A stretch of DNA of 64,000 nt from Candidatus Hydrogenedentota bacterium (GTDB lineage: Bacteria > Hydrogenedentota > Hydrogenedentia > Hydrogenedentales > SLHB01). The position numbers were made by a program, and so were the translations under genes. The stretch is from contig CAXXYE010000010.1 of NCBI GenBank assembly GCA_963674865.2, forward strand, positions 32,001-96,000, read 5' to 3'. Under the pieces are notes generated by a model. The model did no database searches. It was given only the letters and a program-made list of their open reading frames with translations, and was not told the DNA's origin. Below, one piece after another: positions 28,883 through 38,888 of the stretch (position 1 is the stretch's first letter; each line of letters begins with the position of its first letter).

Positions 28883-29728
28883 ATGAGATCAGGCTACAAA
28901 GGCATTCTCCCGTGGGTCGCTATACTGGCAATGGGCGCGCCTTGGGTGGCCGCGGAGGAGTTCACGGCCACGGTGGTGCGGGTGATCGACGGCAACACGC
29001 TGGATGTGCAGCGGGAAGAGGACGAGACGGTTCAGATACGACTGTTTGGGGTGGATTGCCCCAATATCGACCAGTCTTTTGGCGCACGCGCCCAGCAATT
29101 CACATCCAGTCTGGTGTTCCAGAAAGAGGTTACTGTGGTCATCGTTGAGGCCGGGCCGGACGGTGCCCTGCAAGCCAAAGTGCTCCGCGCAAGCGGAAGC
29201 CAATTGGCGGAGTTGCTGCTTCGGGCAGGCCTCGCGTGGTGCACAACGGCCAGCAAAGACGACGATGCGCTCCTCGCTTTGCAGAAAGAGGCCCAGGCAA
29301 AGCGTCGAGGCCTTTGGTCCGACCCTCAAGCGGCCGTCGCGCTCAAACTTGCCCCGCCCGTGAGTATAGTGGACGACTCGCCCGTTGTGCAGGACGAAGA
29401 TGAGGATGGCGAAACCATCATCATCAAGGGCAGCAAGCCGCAATCCCATTACTACTACCCGACCTACGCGGCCCCGGGCGGCAAGTCCGGCGCCGACGAC
29501 CAAAGCCGGCGGCGGACTCTCCCGCACGGAAAGGCCAAGGCGGTAGATGAGCGCGAGGGATATCGCAAGCCACCGCCTGGCGCGACCTCGCCGTACAAAA
29601 GGGAGACTCCCAAGTACTACAGGCCCCCCGGCTATCGCACGGATCCCCGCTACGACGTTCAACGTCGGAATCTGCCGTATCGCTACGGGCCTAGGTACAA
29701 CTATCCGTACAGCTATTCCTATCCTTAG
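28883..29728 (+). CDS. Secreted thermonuclease (SNase)-fold protein with a degenerate active site and Tyr/Pro/Arg-rich tail
   Basis: VRVIDGNT, IRLFGVDCPN, AGLAW, KRRGLW. Confidence 0.85.
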   Translation: MRSGYKGILPWVAILAMGAPWVAAEEFTATVVRVIDGNTLDVQREEDETVQIRLFGVDCPNIDQSFGARAQQFTSSLVFQKEVTVVIVEAGPDGALQAKVLRASGSQLAELLLRAGLAWCTTASKDDDALLALQKEAQAKRRGLWSDPQAAVALKLAPPVSIVDDSPVVQDEDEDGETIIIKGSKPQSHYYYPTYAAPGGKSGADDQSRRRTLPHGKAKAVDEREGYRKPPPGATSPYKRETPKYYRPPGYRTDPRYDVQRRNLPYRYGPRYNYPYSYSYP

Positions 29729-29816
29729 TCCGATGAACGGGCCGCTTCATGAACCGTGGAGGCCGGGCACAGTCCTCGTCTGCAGGAACCGGACACGCAC
29801 CTGAAGGACTCGGAGG

Positions 29817-30548
29817 TTGAAGCAAGACGAATACCGGCTCATGCGGGAGGTGGAGGACGGCCACTGGTGGTACCGGGGATTGCGAGGTATCTTCAGCGAT
29901 TCCCAACGCCGTTGGGGGGCGGCGGAGGGGGCGCGTGTCATCGATGTCGGGTGTGGCACGGGCGCTGTCCTGAGCAGCCTGTCCTTGCCGCAGGGATTCG
30001 GGCTAGACCTTTCCGTTGAGGCGGTTTCCCTATGCCGGGCGAGGGGGCTCTCGACGTGCGTGGCCGCATCGGCGCTGGCCCTGCCGTTTCCAGACGAGTC
30101 CTTCGATATGGGCGTGTCCTTCGATGTACTGCCTCATAAATCAATTCCCGAGAAGGAGTTGCCGCTGCGCGAGATCCGCCGAGTGCTGAGGCCCGAGGGA
30201 GTGCTCTTCCTGAACGTGCCGGCGTATCAGTGGCTTTGGTCTTCTCACGATGCCGCGGTTCACCAAGATCGCCGCTTCACGAAGCGAGAGATCCTGGGCC
30301 GGCTCGACGCCTGCGGATTTCAGCCTCTGTGGGCAACATACTGGAATACGCTGCTTTTTCCTCCGATGGCGGCGGCGCGAGTCTGGCGAAGGATTCGTCC
30401 CCCGTCGGGATCGGACTTCACTGCCGCATCGGGGCGGCGCTTCTCCCGCGTGCTCAGTGCTTTACTCGGCCTTGAGCGGACGCTTCTCCGACGATTCCCG
30501 CTACCCTTTGGACTGTCTGTATTCGCCGTAGCGCGCAAGAGGGGATGA
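29817..30548 (+). CDS. Class I SAM-dependent methyltransferase
   Basis: HWWYRG, IDVGCGTG, LPFPDESFD, VPAYQWLWSSHD; TTG start after GGAGG. Confidence 0.9.
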   Translation: MKQDEYRLMREVEDGHWWYRGLRGIFSDSQRRWGAAEGARVIDVGCGTGAVLSSLSLPQGFGLDLSVEAVSLCRARGLSTCVAASALALPFPDESFDMGVSFDVLPHKSIPEKELPLREIRRVLRPEGVLFLNVPAYQWLWSSHDAAVHQDRRFTKREILGRLDACGFQPLWATYWNTLLFPPMAAARVWRRIRPPSGSDFTAASGRRFSRVLSALLGLERTLLRRFPLPFGLSVFAVARKRG

Positions 30549-30721
30549 GCCTCACACTCGTCTCCGGATAGCTCGCTGGCGTCGCGCACAAGGCGTCGGC
30601 AAACGACTTCGCTCCCCGGTGGTTGTTGTCCGGCGGATGGCTTTCCTGATATGGCCAACGCGCTTTTCTATAAGAGTCTGGGCTGCGGCACTTCTGTCAA
30701 TCCGGCTACCGGGTGTTCCCG

Positions 30722-32617
30722 TCAGCTTTGCGCGTGTTGGTCTTTGTATTGGAGCTGATAGAGCGTGTAATAGAGGCCGCGGCGTGCCAGAAGCTCCTGG
30801 TGCGAGCCCACTTCGCGGATTTCCCCGTGGTGGAGCACGATGATGCGGTCGGCGTTTTGCACAGTCGACAACCGATGGGCGATCACGATGCTCGTGCGGC
30901 CCTCCATCAGACGGCCGACCGCCTCCTGAATGAGATACTCGGTTTCGGTATCCACGCTTGAGGTGGCTTCATCGAGCACGAGGATCTTCGGATCATGCGC
31001 CAGAACTCGCGCAAAAGCCAACAATTGCCGCTGCCCCATGGACAAATTGCAGCCACGCTCTCCCACATCGTAGTCGTATCCGCCGGGCAGTCGATGCACG
31101 AAGGCGGCTACATTGGCGTGCTCGGCGCAGGCGAGGATCCTGTCCTCCCCGAGTCCCTCATTTCCGAGGGATATGTTTTCGCGGATGGAACCGGAGAAGA
31201 GGAACACATCCTGGAGCACAATGCCTATCTGGGTCCTGAGCGAGACTTTCTCGTAGTCGCATACATCGATCCCATCCACGAGAACGCATCCGCGCTGTGC
31301 GTCATAGAAGCGGCTCAATAAGCTGGCAAGAGTCGTCTTTCCCGCTCCCGTGTAGCCGACAATGGCGACGCGCTCGCCCGGTGCGATATCCAGGTCGAGT
31401 CCTTTCACGATCCATTGTCCCGGCTCGTAGGCGAACCAGACACCCTCAAAGGCCACCGCGCCCCGGATGTTCTTGCAGGCGATGGCGTCGTCCTTGTTGG
31501 AGATGTCCTCGGGTGTATCCAGTAGTTTGAAAATGCGCTCGGATGATGCCATGGCCTCGAGGAGTAGGTTGTAACGGTCGGCCAAGGCGCGGATGGGGGA
31601 GAAGAGCCGCTCTGCCCACTGCACAAAGGCAAAGAGCACGCCGACGGACGCGTAGCCTCCAACAATCGACTGCTTCGCCAGTATCTCGAGCCCGCCGTAG
31701 TAGACAATCAGGGCGACAGAGAGCGCGCCAAGGAAGTCAATGACGGGGAAATAAAGCGCGTAGTTTCTGACTTGGCGGAACCATTCGTCCCGGTGCTCCA
31801 CATTGCGTGCGCGGAAGGCTTCGTAGTTGCGGTCTTCTCGGCCAAATATCTGCACTTCCCGCATGCCGGTGACGTTCTCCTGCATGTAGGCGTTGAGGCG
31901 GGCTATCTTCTGGCGAATGGCCAGGTAAGAGCGCCGGGCGTGCTTGCGGAATACCAGGCTCGTGATGAGCACGAAGGGCAATGTGGCAAGTGTGACGAGA
32001 GATAAGCGCCAATCGGTCCAGAGCATGAACGCCAAGACAATGAAGAGCGTGCAGATGTCACTAATGGCGCGTACGACACCTTCTACAATGGTTTGCTGCA
32101 CCTTCTCCACATCGTTGGTGACGCGGGTCATGAGCCGCCCGAGTGGGTGGCGGTCGAGAAATTGCAGCGAGAGCTTCTGAAGGTGAGCGAAGACGGCCAT
32201 ACGCATGTCGAACATCGTTCGCTGCCCAACCACGGCCACGATGAGCATGTGCCCGTAGCGGATGAAACCTTCAGCGAGCAATAGTCCGGCCATGATAAGG
32301 ACAAGCGTGAGTAGGCCCTGCTCGTCGCCTTTGGCGCGTTCGTCGAGTATCTGAACGGTCTCGGGCGAGCTGTCGGAGCCCGCTTCCGTCAAACGTTGCT
32401 GGAGCAGAATACGCTCCGAATCGGCAATGTAGGAGTCAATGGCTCGCATCGTGAGCAGAGGTACAAGATTGCTCAAGGCGGCTGCGGCGAGAAGCAAGAG
32501 CGTAGCCAGCCCCATGAGTCTGCGATAGGGGTGGACGAAGACGAGCAGACGCTTCATCAGACGGCTGTCGTATGCTTTTTGGTGGACCTCGTCGTCGATG
32601 TAGTAGTTGCCGGACAC
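30722..32617 (-). CDS. ABC exporter TMD-NBD subunit (consensus Walker B half of a heterodimer)
   Basis: GYTGAGKT, signature LSMGQ, ILVLDEATSSVD, AHRLST. Confidence 0.93.
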   Translation of the reverse strand: MSGNYYIDDEVHQKAYDSRLMKRLLVFVHPYRRLMGLATLLLLAAAALSNLVPLLTMRAIDSYIADSERILLQQRLTEAGSDSSPETVQILDERAKGDEQGLLTLVLIMAGLLLAEGFIRYGHMLIVAVVGQRTMFDMRMAVFAHLQKLSLQFLDRHPLGRLMTRVTNDVEKVQQTIVEGVVRAISDICTLFIVLAFMLWTDWRLSLVTLATLPFVLITSLVFRKHARRSYLAIRQKIARLNAYMQENVTGMREVQIFGREDRNYEAFRARNVEHRDEWFRQVRNYALYFPVIDFLGALSVALIVYYGGLEILAKQSIVGGYASVGVLFAFVQWAERLFSPIRALADRYNLLLEAMASSERIFKLLDTPEDISNKDDAIACKNIRGAVAFEGVWFAYEPGQWIVKGLDLDIAPGERVAIVGYTGAGKTTLASLLSRFYDAQRGCVLVDGIDVCDYEKVSLRTQIGIVLQDVFLFSGSIRENISLGNEGLGEDRILACAEHANVAAFVHRLPGGYDYDVGERGCNLSMGQRQLLAFARVLAHDPKILVLDEATSSVDTETEYLIQEAVGRLMEGRTSIVIAHRLSTVQNADRIIVLHHGEIREVGSHQELLARRGLYYTLYQLQYKDQHAQS

Positions 32618-34392
32618 TAGGCTTGTTCCAGGTCTTCTTCCAGGCGCTGGCGCTGGTAAATACGCGTGTAGAGGCCCCGGCGCTCGAGAAGTTCGTTATG
32701 GCAGCCCCGGTCGACAATCTTGCCGGCCTCGATGACAAGGATGAGATCGGCGTGCTGTACGGCGGCAATTCGGTGGGAAATGACGATACTCGTGCGGCTA
32801 GCCATGACTTCCTTAAGCCGACGTAGAATACGCTCCTCAGTATGCGCATCCACACTCGAAAGGGCGTCGTCCAATACGAGAATCCGCGGATCACAAAGCA
32901 GGGCTCTGGCGATAGCGAGCCGTTGCTTCTGGCCTCCAGAGAGGTTTACGCCGCGCTCGCCGAGGATAGTGTGATAACCTTCCGGCATGGAGGCCACCGT
33001 CTCGGCGAATTGGGCGATTTCGCACGCGTGGGCCACTTCGTCCGGATGGGCGTCCGGACGCCCGAATGTCACGTTGCCCAATATTGTATCCGAGAAGAGA
33101 AAGGTTTCCTGTGGCACGTAGCCAATCGCACGGCGGAGAATGCGTATGGGGATCTCGCGGGCGTCTACGCCATCAATCAGCACGCGCCCGGAGGTGGGAT
33201 CGAACTCGCGCGTGATCAAGGAGACGATGGATGTCTTGCCCGCGCCGGCAGGTCCAACGACGGCCATGGTATGGCCCGCATCGAGCTCGAAATCCACGTC
33301 CTCAAGTACGGATGCGACGCCGTGGGCAAGAGAGACGTGCTCGAAGCGGATGCCGCCATTCAGGCAGGCGATGTCGTGTCGTGTGCCCTCATGATCCCGG
33401 ATGGCTGGGACCTCAGCGAAAACCTCCAACATGCGGCCCATGGAAACCGAGGCCCGCTGATAGACGGAGAGAATCCATCCGAACTGCGCGAGCGGCCATG
33501 TCAGCATCATGAGCAGAACCAGGAAACAGGAAAAATCGCTCAGGAGTAGGGCGCCGCGGATAACCATGAGCCCGCCGCGCCACACGGCGATGAGCATCGT
33601 GAGCCCCATGAGCCCCATGATGATGGGCCATCCCAATGATAGTACTGTGGCCAGACGGATGCTTTCACGCATGTACTTGGCGGAACGCTCGCGAAAATCT
33701 CGCAATTCTCGTTCAGCAATGCCATAGGCCTTGACGACGCGGGCGCCGGCCAGGTTCTCCTGTGCTCGGGATGTGACGGCGGCGAACTCCTCCTGCACGA
33801 TCTTGGATCTACGGTGCATCTGCATGACGAAGTAGTAGACGGCCAGGGACATGGCCGGCAAAGGAAGCAGCGCGAACAGCGTGAGTTGCGGACTTAGGCT
33901 TAGCATCAGGCCCAGAGCGACAGGTAGGCGTATGGCGTCGACGCTTCCCATGATTCCGGGGCCGATGAGCATGCGCACGTAATTAAGGTCATTGGAGGCG
34001 CGGGCCATGATATCGCCGGTCTTGGTGCGGTGATAGAACTCGGGCGAAAGCCGCTGGATATGCTCGAAGTAATCGTTGCGAAGGTCGTACTCGAACTTCC
34101 TCGAGGCACGGATCATCCAGGTGCGCTGCCAGTACCGCGCCAGTCCGGTAACAGCTGCGATGCCCAACAACAGCAGGAAGTAGTGGAGCAGGAGCGCGTG
34201 GGTCATCGTCTGATTCTCGAACCGGGCAACGGCGGCGCGGATCACGAATGGGACCGCGAGCCCGATGCCCACGAATCCTGCGGCGAGCAGTGCTCCGCCA
34301 AGATAGGAGCGCCAATAAGGGGTGTTGTAACGAAGCAGAGTCAGAAAAGGTTTGCCGGGAACGGCCTTCGGATGGTGAGTATGTACGTTCAC
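32617..34392 (-). CDS. ABC exporter TMD-NBD subunit (degenerate Walker B half of a heterodimer)
   Basis: GPAGAGKT, LSGGQKQR, ILVLDDALSSVD (catalytic Glu replaced by Asp). Confidence 0.93.
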   Translation of the reverse strand: MNVHTHHPKAVPGKPFLTLLRYNTPYWRSYLGGALLAAGFVGIGLAVPFVIRAAVARFENQTMTHALLLHYFLLLLGIAAVTGLARYWQRTWMIRASRKFEYDLRNDYFEHIQRLSPEFYHRTKTGDIMARASNDLNYVRMLIGPGIMGSVDAIRLPVALGLMLSLSPQLTLFALLPLPAMSLAVYYFVMQMHRRSKIVQEEFAAVTSRAQENLAGARVVKAYGIAERELRDFRERSAKYMRESIRLATVLSLGWPIIMGLMGLTMLIAVWRGGLMVIRGALLLSDFSCFLVLLMMLTWPLAQFGWILSVYQRASVSMGRMLEVFAEVPAIRDHEGTRHDIACLNGGIRFEHVSLAHGVASVLEDVDFELDAGHTMAVVGPAGAGKTSIVSLITREFDPTSGRVLIDGVDAREIPIRILRRAIGYVPQETFLFSDTILGNVTFGRPDAHPDEVAHACEIAQFAETVASMPEGYHTILGERGVNLSGGQKQRLAIARALLCDPRILVLDDALSSVDAHTEERILRRLKEVMASRTSIVISHRIAAVQHADLILVIEAGKIVDRGCHNELLERRGLYTRIYQRQRLEEDLEQA

Positions 34393-37300
34393 ACTTCTTT
34401 TGTCGCGTGGAAGAGGCCAAGATTCTGGATGACGTCGGCCAAATCCTCAGCCCGAAAAGGCTTGAGCAGGTAGCCGTCGATGGCGGTGTCCTTGGCACGG
34501 GCCAACGCCTGGTCGACGGGCTTGGCCGTCACCATGTAGACCTTAATCCCGGCCAGCGTGGGATTGGTCTTGATCCTGCGGCATGTCTCCCATCCATCCA
34601 TACCGGGCATGGCGATATCGAGAAGAACAAGCCCGTATTCAAGGGTGCGAACACGTTCGAGGCATGTCTCGCCTGAGACGCAGCAATCGGCCTCGTATCC
34701 CTCGGCCTCAAGACATCGCGTCATGAAGGCAAGCACTTCGGGATCATCGTCGACGCACAGAATCTTGCCGCCAAGCGCGCCGGGAACCTCCGCACCTTGA
34801 TTAAGTGCCCGGCTAATCCCGCTCAGAAGACTGCTCTTGCGGAAATCGCGCTTCACCCGGGCCGCGACGCGCCGCTGGAGACGCTCATACAGGTCGTCAT
34901 CGTTTGTGATCATGATCGCGGGAAGTGCGCCAGCCGCCGACGCCGCAAAGAGATCGTCCAGCACTTCCGGAACGTCGCCAGTTGCCTCCATATCGACAAT
35001 GACGCAATCGGGACGGTATTTCTGCGCAAGGGCCACGGCATTGTCCGTGTTTGTCGCGTGAATGACATCCATTCCTTCCGACACCAATAGCTGGCGAACC
35101 TGGCCGCTCAACGCGCGGTCCTGTGTGAGCAACTCGACCAGCAGGTGAGTTTCTGTAGGAAGCGGCAACTCCACCACTTCGCTGGATGGCTCGGCCACAA
35201 CAGGTCGCGTCTGCAGCGAGAAGCGGAAGACACTTCCTTGGCCCACCTCGCTGCTCACAGTGATCCGGCTGCCGTGAAGACGCGCAATATCCTGAGCAAT
35301 GGAAAGGCCGATGCCAGTGCCGCCATACTTCCGTGTGGACGAGCTGTCATATTGATAGAAACGTGTGAAGATCTTGTCCAAGGCTTCGGGCGGAATGCCT
35401 ATCCCGGTATCGGTGACGCCCACATCGACGGCGTTCTCATTGCGCTTGATCTCGACTGTGACTGTGCCCTCATTGTGATTGAACTTGACGGCATTGGAAA
35501 GGAGATTGATGAAGATCTGGCCCATCTTCCCACGGTCGCCGTCGACCAGCACCGGCTCGGGCGGGGCGATGAGACGGAGATCGATTTGGCGGCTGTCGGC
35601 CACAGGCTGGACGATCTGCATGCCGCTCTTGGCGCAGTCGACCAGGTCGAAGGTGTCGAACACCAGTTTCTCGGCGCCCCGGTGCAGTCTGGAGAAATCG
35701 AGAAGGTTCTCGATGAGCGTAACGAGTTTCTCAGTGTTTCTCAGGCTGATACCGAGGTACTCTTTCTGAACATCGCTGATGGGGCCGGCCTTTTCGTTCA
35801 GAATCATGTCGGTATAGCCCATCACGGAGACGAGCGGCGTGCGCAGCTCGTGGGATACGTTCGACAGGAGATTCGTCTTCATCTCGTCGAGCGTCTTCAA
35901 TTCCTCGTTGGCCTTGTGCAGTTCCTCCCGTGCGCGCGTTACTTCCTCGAGTGACACCTGGAGGTTCTCAAGAAGCTGCGCGTTCCGAATGGCGACAGCC
36001 ACATGAGGAGCCACCTGCTCAAGGACCTCGACGTCATGTTTTGAGAGGGCCCTGGGGAGATTTGCCCCGAGGTTCAGCGTGCCGATGATGCGTCCCGTGG
36101 CATACAGTGGGACACAGATGCAACTTCTGGTCTGCTCGGGAAACTGATCGGCGTAGGGCGAGTCGTTCTTTCGGAGGTCGTCGACTACGAGGCATTTATT
36201 TTCTTGGGCGACCCACGCGGCGCAGGAGGCGCTGGAATCGAGGTGATACGTGTAGCCCGGATAGACTTCGTGCTCGGGCCACAACTGACGGGCACCGAAA
36301 CCTCCCGTAGACTCGTCCAGCAGGGCGAGAGCGGCATAGTCGAAGGCTACCAGCGTCTTGATCTCGGCAACGAGACTTTCGTAGAGGCGGCCGGCCTCGA
36401 GGCTGGAGTTGATAACATTGGCGATTTGATTAATGGCGCTAATGCGCTCTGAACGCTCCCTGGCTTCCTGCTCAAGATGGACGCTCTTCGTCACATCACG
36501 GAAGATGGCCTCAGTGCCGACGAACCGGCCATCGTCGTCATAGACCTGGTTCCCGGAAAGCTCCACGCAGATGGTGCGTCCGTCCTGGCGTTTCATCCAG
36601 ACGCGCGAACGCTCGATAAACCCGTTGGCCTTCAGCTCACTGGTAATCCGAGCGAAATCGATTTCTTCGAGGAAGAACTCCTTGAGCGTTTTGCCGATGA
36701 CCTCGGAGGTCTTGGCGAATCCGAAGCAGTCCAAGCCGGCCTGGTTCAGGAAGGTTACGACACCCTCGGCGTCGGTTTGGCAGATGCCGTCACGCATCGA
36801 AGTCACCAGGCTGCGGTATTTCTCCTCCGACTCCTCAAGCTGCTTGATGTTGCGGCTCAGCGCGAGGGCCATCTTGTTGAAAGACGAGGCAAGCTCCTCG
36901 ATTTCGTCGCCTGTATCAATGATGAGTTTCAGGTCGAGATCACCTTGGCGGATGATCTGGGCGCCTTCATTCACCAGGAGGATGTGTCGGACGATGTTGT
37001 TGTGAACGTTGCGATAGGCGTTCACGCAAAGGCAGGCGATCAGAAACAGACAGAACGCCACCGCAAGCAGGGCGCCGCGGTTGATGCTCGTGAAGACGAT
37101 AGAGGCCGGGCGGTAGACCACGAGATATACATCCTCCCCCGGGAAGAGGCGTTCATAGGCCAGAAACGCATCGAAAGAACGGCCGCGAGTCTCGTAGTTG
37201 AAGAATCGCAGTGTCCCGTTCGCAGCGGTGCGAGGGTCGCGAAAGGCTGTCACCAGGCCCGGAAAGGTGGATTCAGACACGAGGGCTGGGATATTCGCCG

Positions 37301-38021
37301 GAGCCCGCGTGTCAAGATACGTCGTCACCATGCCGCCGACGCCTGGGCCGGCAAACACCATCTGGTACACATCGCCCGGGGCGTGTTTTCGCATCTCGTC
37401 CGCCCCGAAACCGAGCGCATATCTCAACAGGGAATCCACGCGCGATATCTCGACGACGTGGCCTACAACAACGTCGGTACCGGGCGCACGCACCGGCGCG
37501 GCGACACGGACCTCATACCGTTCACCCTCAGCGCGGCAACTGAACTGGAAATAGCCTTTGTAGGTGAGGGCCTCAACCCAAGCGGGGTCATTGAGTTGGG
37601 CATCAACGCGATCGGTGCCCAGAATGAGTCTGCCCTGAGCGTTATACAGGGCGAACGTACTCTGGCCGTCTTCAGCGCTTTTTGCCACGCCTTGCAGGCG
37701 GGCTTGAAGGGCCTCCAGTGTCCGGCCCACCGACGAGACAGCCGTCTCGTCCGCATTGTCTGCCGGAGCCAAAGCGGCGATGACGTCGGGATCCGCAGCG
37801 AGGCTTGCGATGGTGCGCAAGCGTGAGTTCGCAGCGAGGCGCAGCCCGGTGACGGTTTTTTGCGTTGCAGTGGCGAGCGTCTGCTCGACGGCCCTGCCTT
37901 GTCCGAACCTGACGCCCAGATAGCCGACGATGAGCGCAAACGCCACCGGGAGAATGCCTACCCAGAGAATCGATCTCAGGATCTTGCGTTCGATGCCGCC
38001 TCGGGGCGTCTTCACGGGCAT
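34389..38021 (-). CDS. Hybrid sensor histidine kinase (2 TM, HAMP, PAS, GAF, HisKA, HATPase, two REC)
   Basis: DEIEELASSFN, PAS, GAF (VPLY...IGTL), SHELRTPL, NAVKF, DTGIG, GTGIGL, C-terminal VDDD/LDIAMP/KPF. Confidence 0.94.
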   Translation of the reverse strand: MPVKTPRGGIERKILRSILWVGILPVAFALIVGYLGVRFGQGRAVEQTLATATQKTVTGLRLAANSRLRTIASLAADPDVIAALAPADNADETAVSSVGRTLEALQARLQGVAKSAEDGQSTFALYNAQGRLILGTDRVDAQLNDPAWVEALTYKGYFQFSCRAEGERYEVRVAAPVRAPGTDVVVGHVVEISRVDSLLRYALGFGADEMRKHAPGDVYQMVFAGPGVGGMVTTYLDTRAPANIPALVSESTFPGLVTAFRDPRTAANGTLRFFNYETRGRSFDAFLAYERLFPGEDVYLVVYRPASIVFTSINRGALLAVAFCLFLIACLCVNAYRNVHNNIVRHILLVNEGAQIIRQGDLDLKLIIDTGDEIEELASSFNKMALALSRNIKQLEESEEKYRSLVTSMRDGICQTDAEGVVTFLNQAGLDCFGFAKTSEVIGKTLKEFFLEEIDFARITSELKANGFIERSRVWMKRQDGRTICVELSGNQVYDDDGRFVGTEAIFRDVTKSVHLEQEARERSERISAINQIANVINSSLEAGRLYESLVAEIKTLVAFDYAALALLDESTGGFGARQLWPEHEVYPGYTYHLDSSASCAAWVAQENKCLVVDDLRKNDSPYADQFPEQTRSCICVPLYATGRIIGTLNLGANLPRALSKHDVEVLEQVAPHVAVAIRNAQLLENLQVSLEEVTRAREELHKANEELKTLDEMKTNLLSNVSHELRTPLVSVMGYTDMILNEKAGPISDVQKEYLGISLRNTEKLVTLIENLLDFSRLHRGAEKLVFDTFDLVDCAKSGMQIVQPVADSRQIDLRLIAPPEPVLVDGDRGKMGQIFINLLSNAVKFNHNEGTVTVEIKRNENAVDVGVTDTGIGIPPEALDKIFTRFYQYDSSSTRKYGGTGIGLSIAQDIARLHGSRITVSSEVGQGSVFRFSLQTRPVVAEPSSEVVELPLPTETHLLVELLTQDRALSGQVRQLLVSEGMDVIHATNTDNAVALAQKYRPDCVIVDMEATGDVPEVLDDLFAASAAGALPAIMITNDDDLYERLQRRVAARVKRDFRKSSLLSGISRALNQGAEVPGALGGKILCVDDDPEVLAFMTRCLEAEGYEADCCVSGETCLERVRTLEYGLVLLDIAMPGMDGWETCRRIKTNPTLAGIKVYMVTAKPVDQALARAKDTAIDGYLLKPFRAEDLADVIQNLGLFHATKEV

Positions 38022-38039
38022 AGCAACCAGGAGACGAGT

Positions 38040-38624
38040 CTACTCGACAACTCGCCCTTTCCCAATGAGTTCGCGGACTTTCTCAAGGAGTTGCTCGACT
38101 TTGAACGGCTTGGCCAGGTATTCGTCCGCCCCGCACTCGAAAATGCGCTGGATGTCCTGCTCTTTGGTAAGGCAGGTAACAGCCATGATGGGCGTACTGC
38201 GCGTAAGCTCGTTTTCCCGCAACGCCTTGCAGACCTCGAACCCGTTGATCTCCGGCATCAGAAAGTCCAGCAGGATGAGATCGGGCGACAACTGCGCCGC
38301 CTTCAAACCGACCTCCGTGGCATTACTGACCTTGATAAGCTCCAGCCCTTCATCCGTAAGGATGTTTTCCATCAGGGCCAGGGCATCCGGGTCATCGTCC
38401 ACGATCATCACGCGCTTCTTGGCCGAGCCCTTATCGCGCGGAAACATATCATACTCCTCGCGAAAATGGTCGAGATCCTCTTCCAGAATGCGATAGTGCC
38501 CGCCGGGCGTCCTTGAAGCTTTGATGAGCCCCTGCTTAATCCAGTTCTTGATGCTGTGATGAGTAACGTGGCAGATCTTTGCTGCCTCAAACGTCGTGTA
38601 AGCCTTCTGTTCTCGCTCGCTCAC
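38040..38624 (-). CDS. Response regulator with N-terminal excisionase/MerR-like HTH and C-terminal REC
   Basis: YTTFEAAKIC...WIKQG...RTPGGHYRI, then IVDDD, LLDFLMP, KPF. Confidence 0.92.
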   Translation of the reverse strand: MSEREQKAYTTFEAAKICHVTHHSIKNWIKQGLIKASRTPGGHYRILEEDLDHFREEYDMFPRDKGSAKKRVMIVDDDPDALALMENILTDEGLELIKVSNATEVGLKAAQLSPDLILLDFLMPEINGFEVCKALRENELTRSTPIMAVTCLTKEQDIQRIFECGADEYLAKPFKVEQLLEKVRELIGKGRVVE

Positions 38625-38735
38625 GGATCAGAGCCTCCTGAAGTAAAGAACCAAGCCGCCCGCGCCCAATAGTGTGGCCACCGCAAACCACCTAACGCAC
38701 GGCTACAATTCGCAGAAATATCAGATTTTAGAAAA

Positions 38736-38765
38736 ATTATACCCGCCATAATGAAGTCTTGTCAA
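38736..38765 (-). promoter_or_regulatory. Consensus sigma70 promoter of the regulator-kinase-ABC operon
   Basis: TTGACA (38765-38760)-N18-TATAAT (38741-38736). Confidence 0.75.
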
Positions 38766-38888
38766 CTATTGCGCGACGATAATCGCTCTTTTCTCCTTTC
38801 CGCGTTCTCCTGGCTACACTCCATGCTCGCTGCGGGGCTGTAGGTATCTGGGCGGCGTCGAACACTGCCGCTCTTCACGCCTTTTCTA

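Noticed and set aside
36477..37826. 449-aa plus-strand ORF
   Set aside because: Antisense shadow of the histidine kinase.
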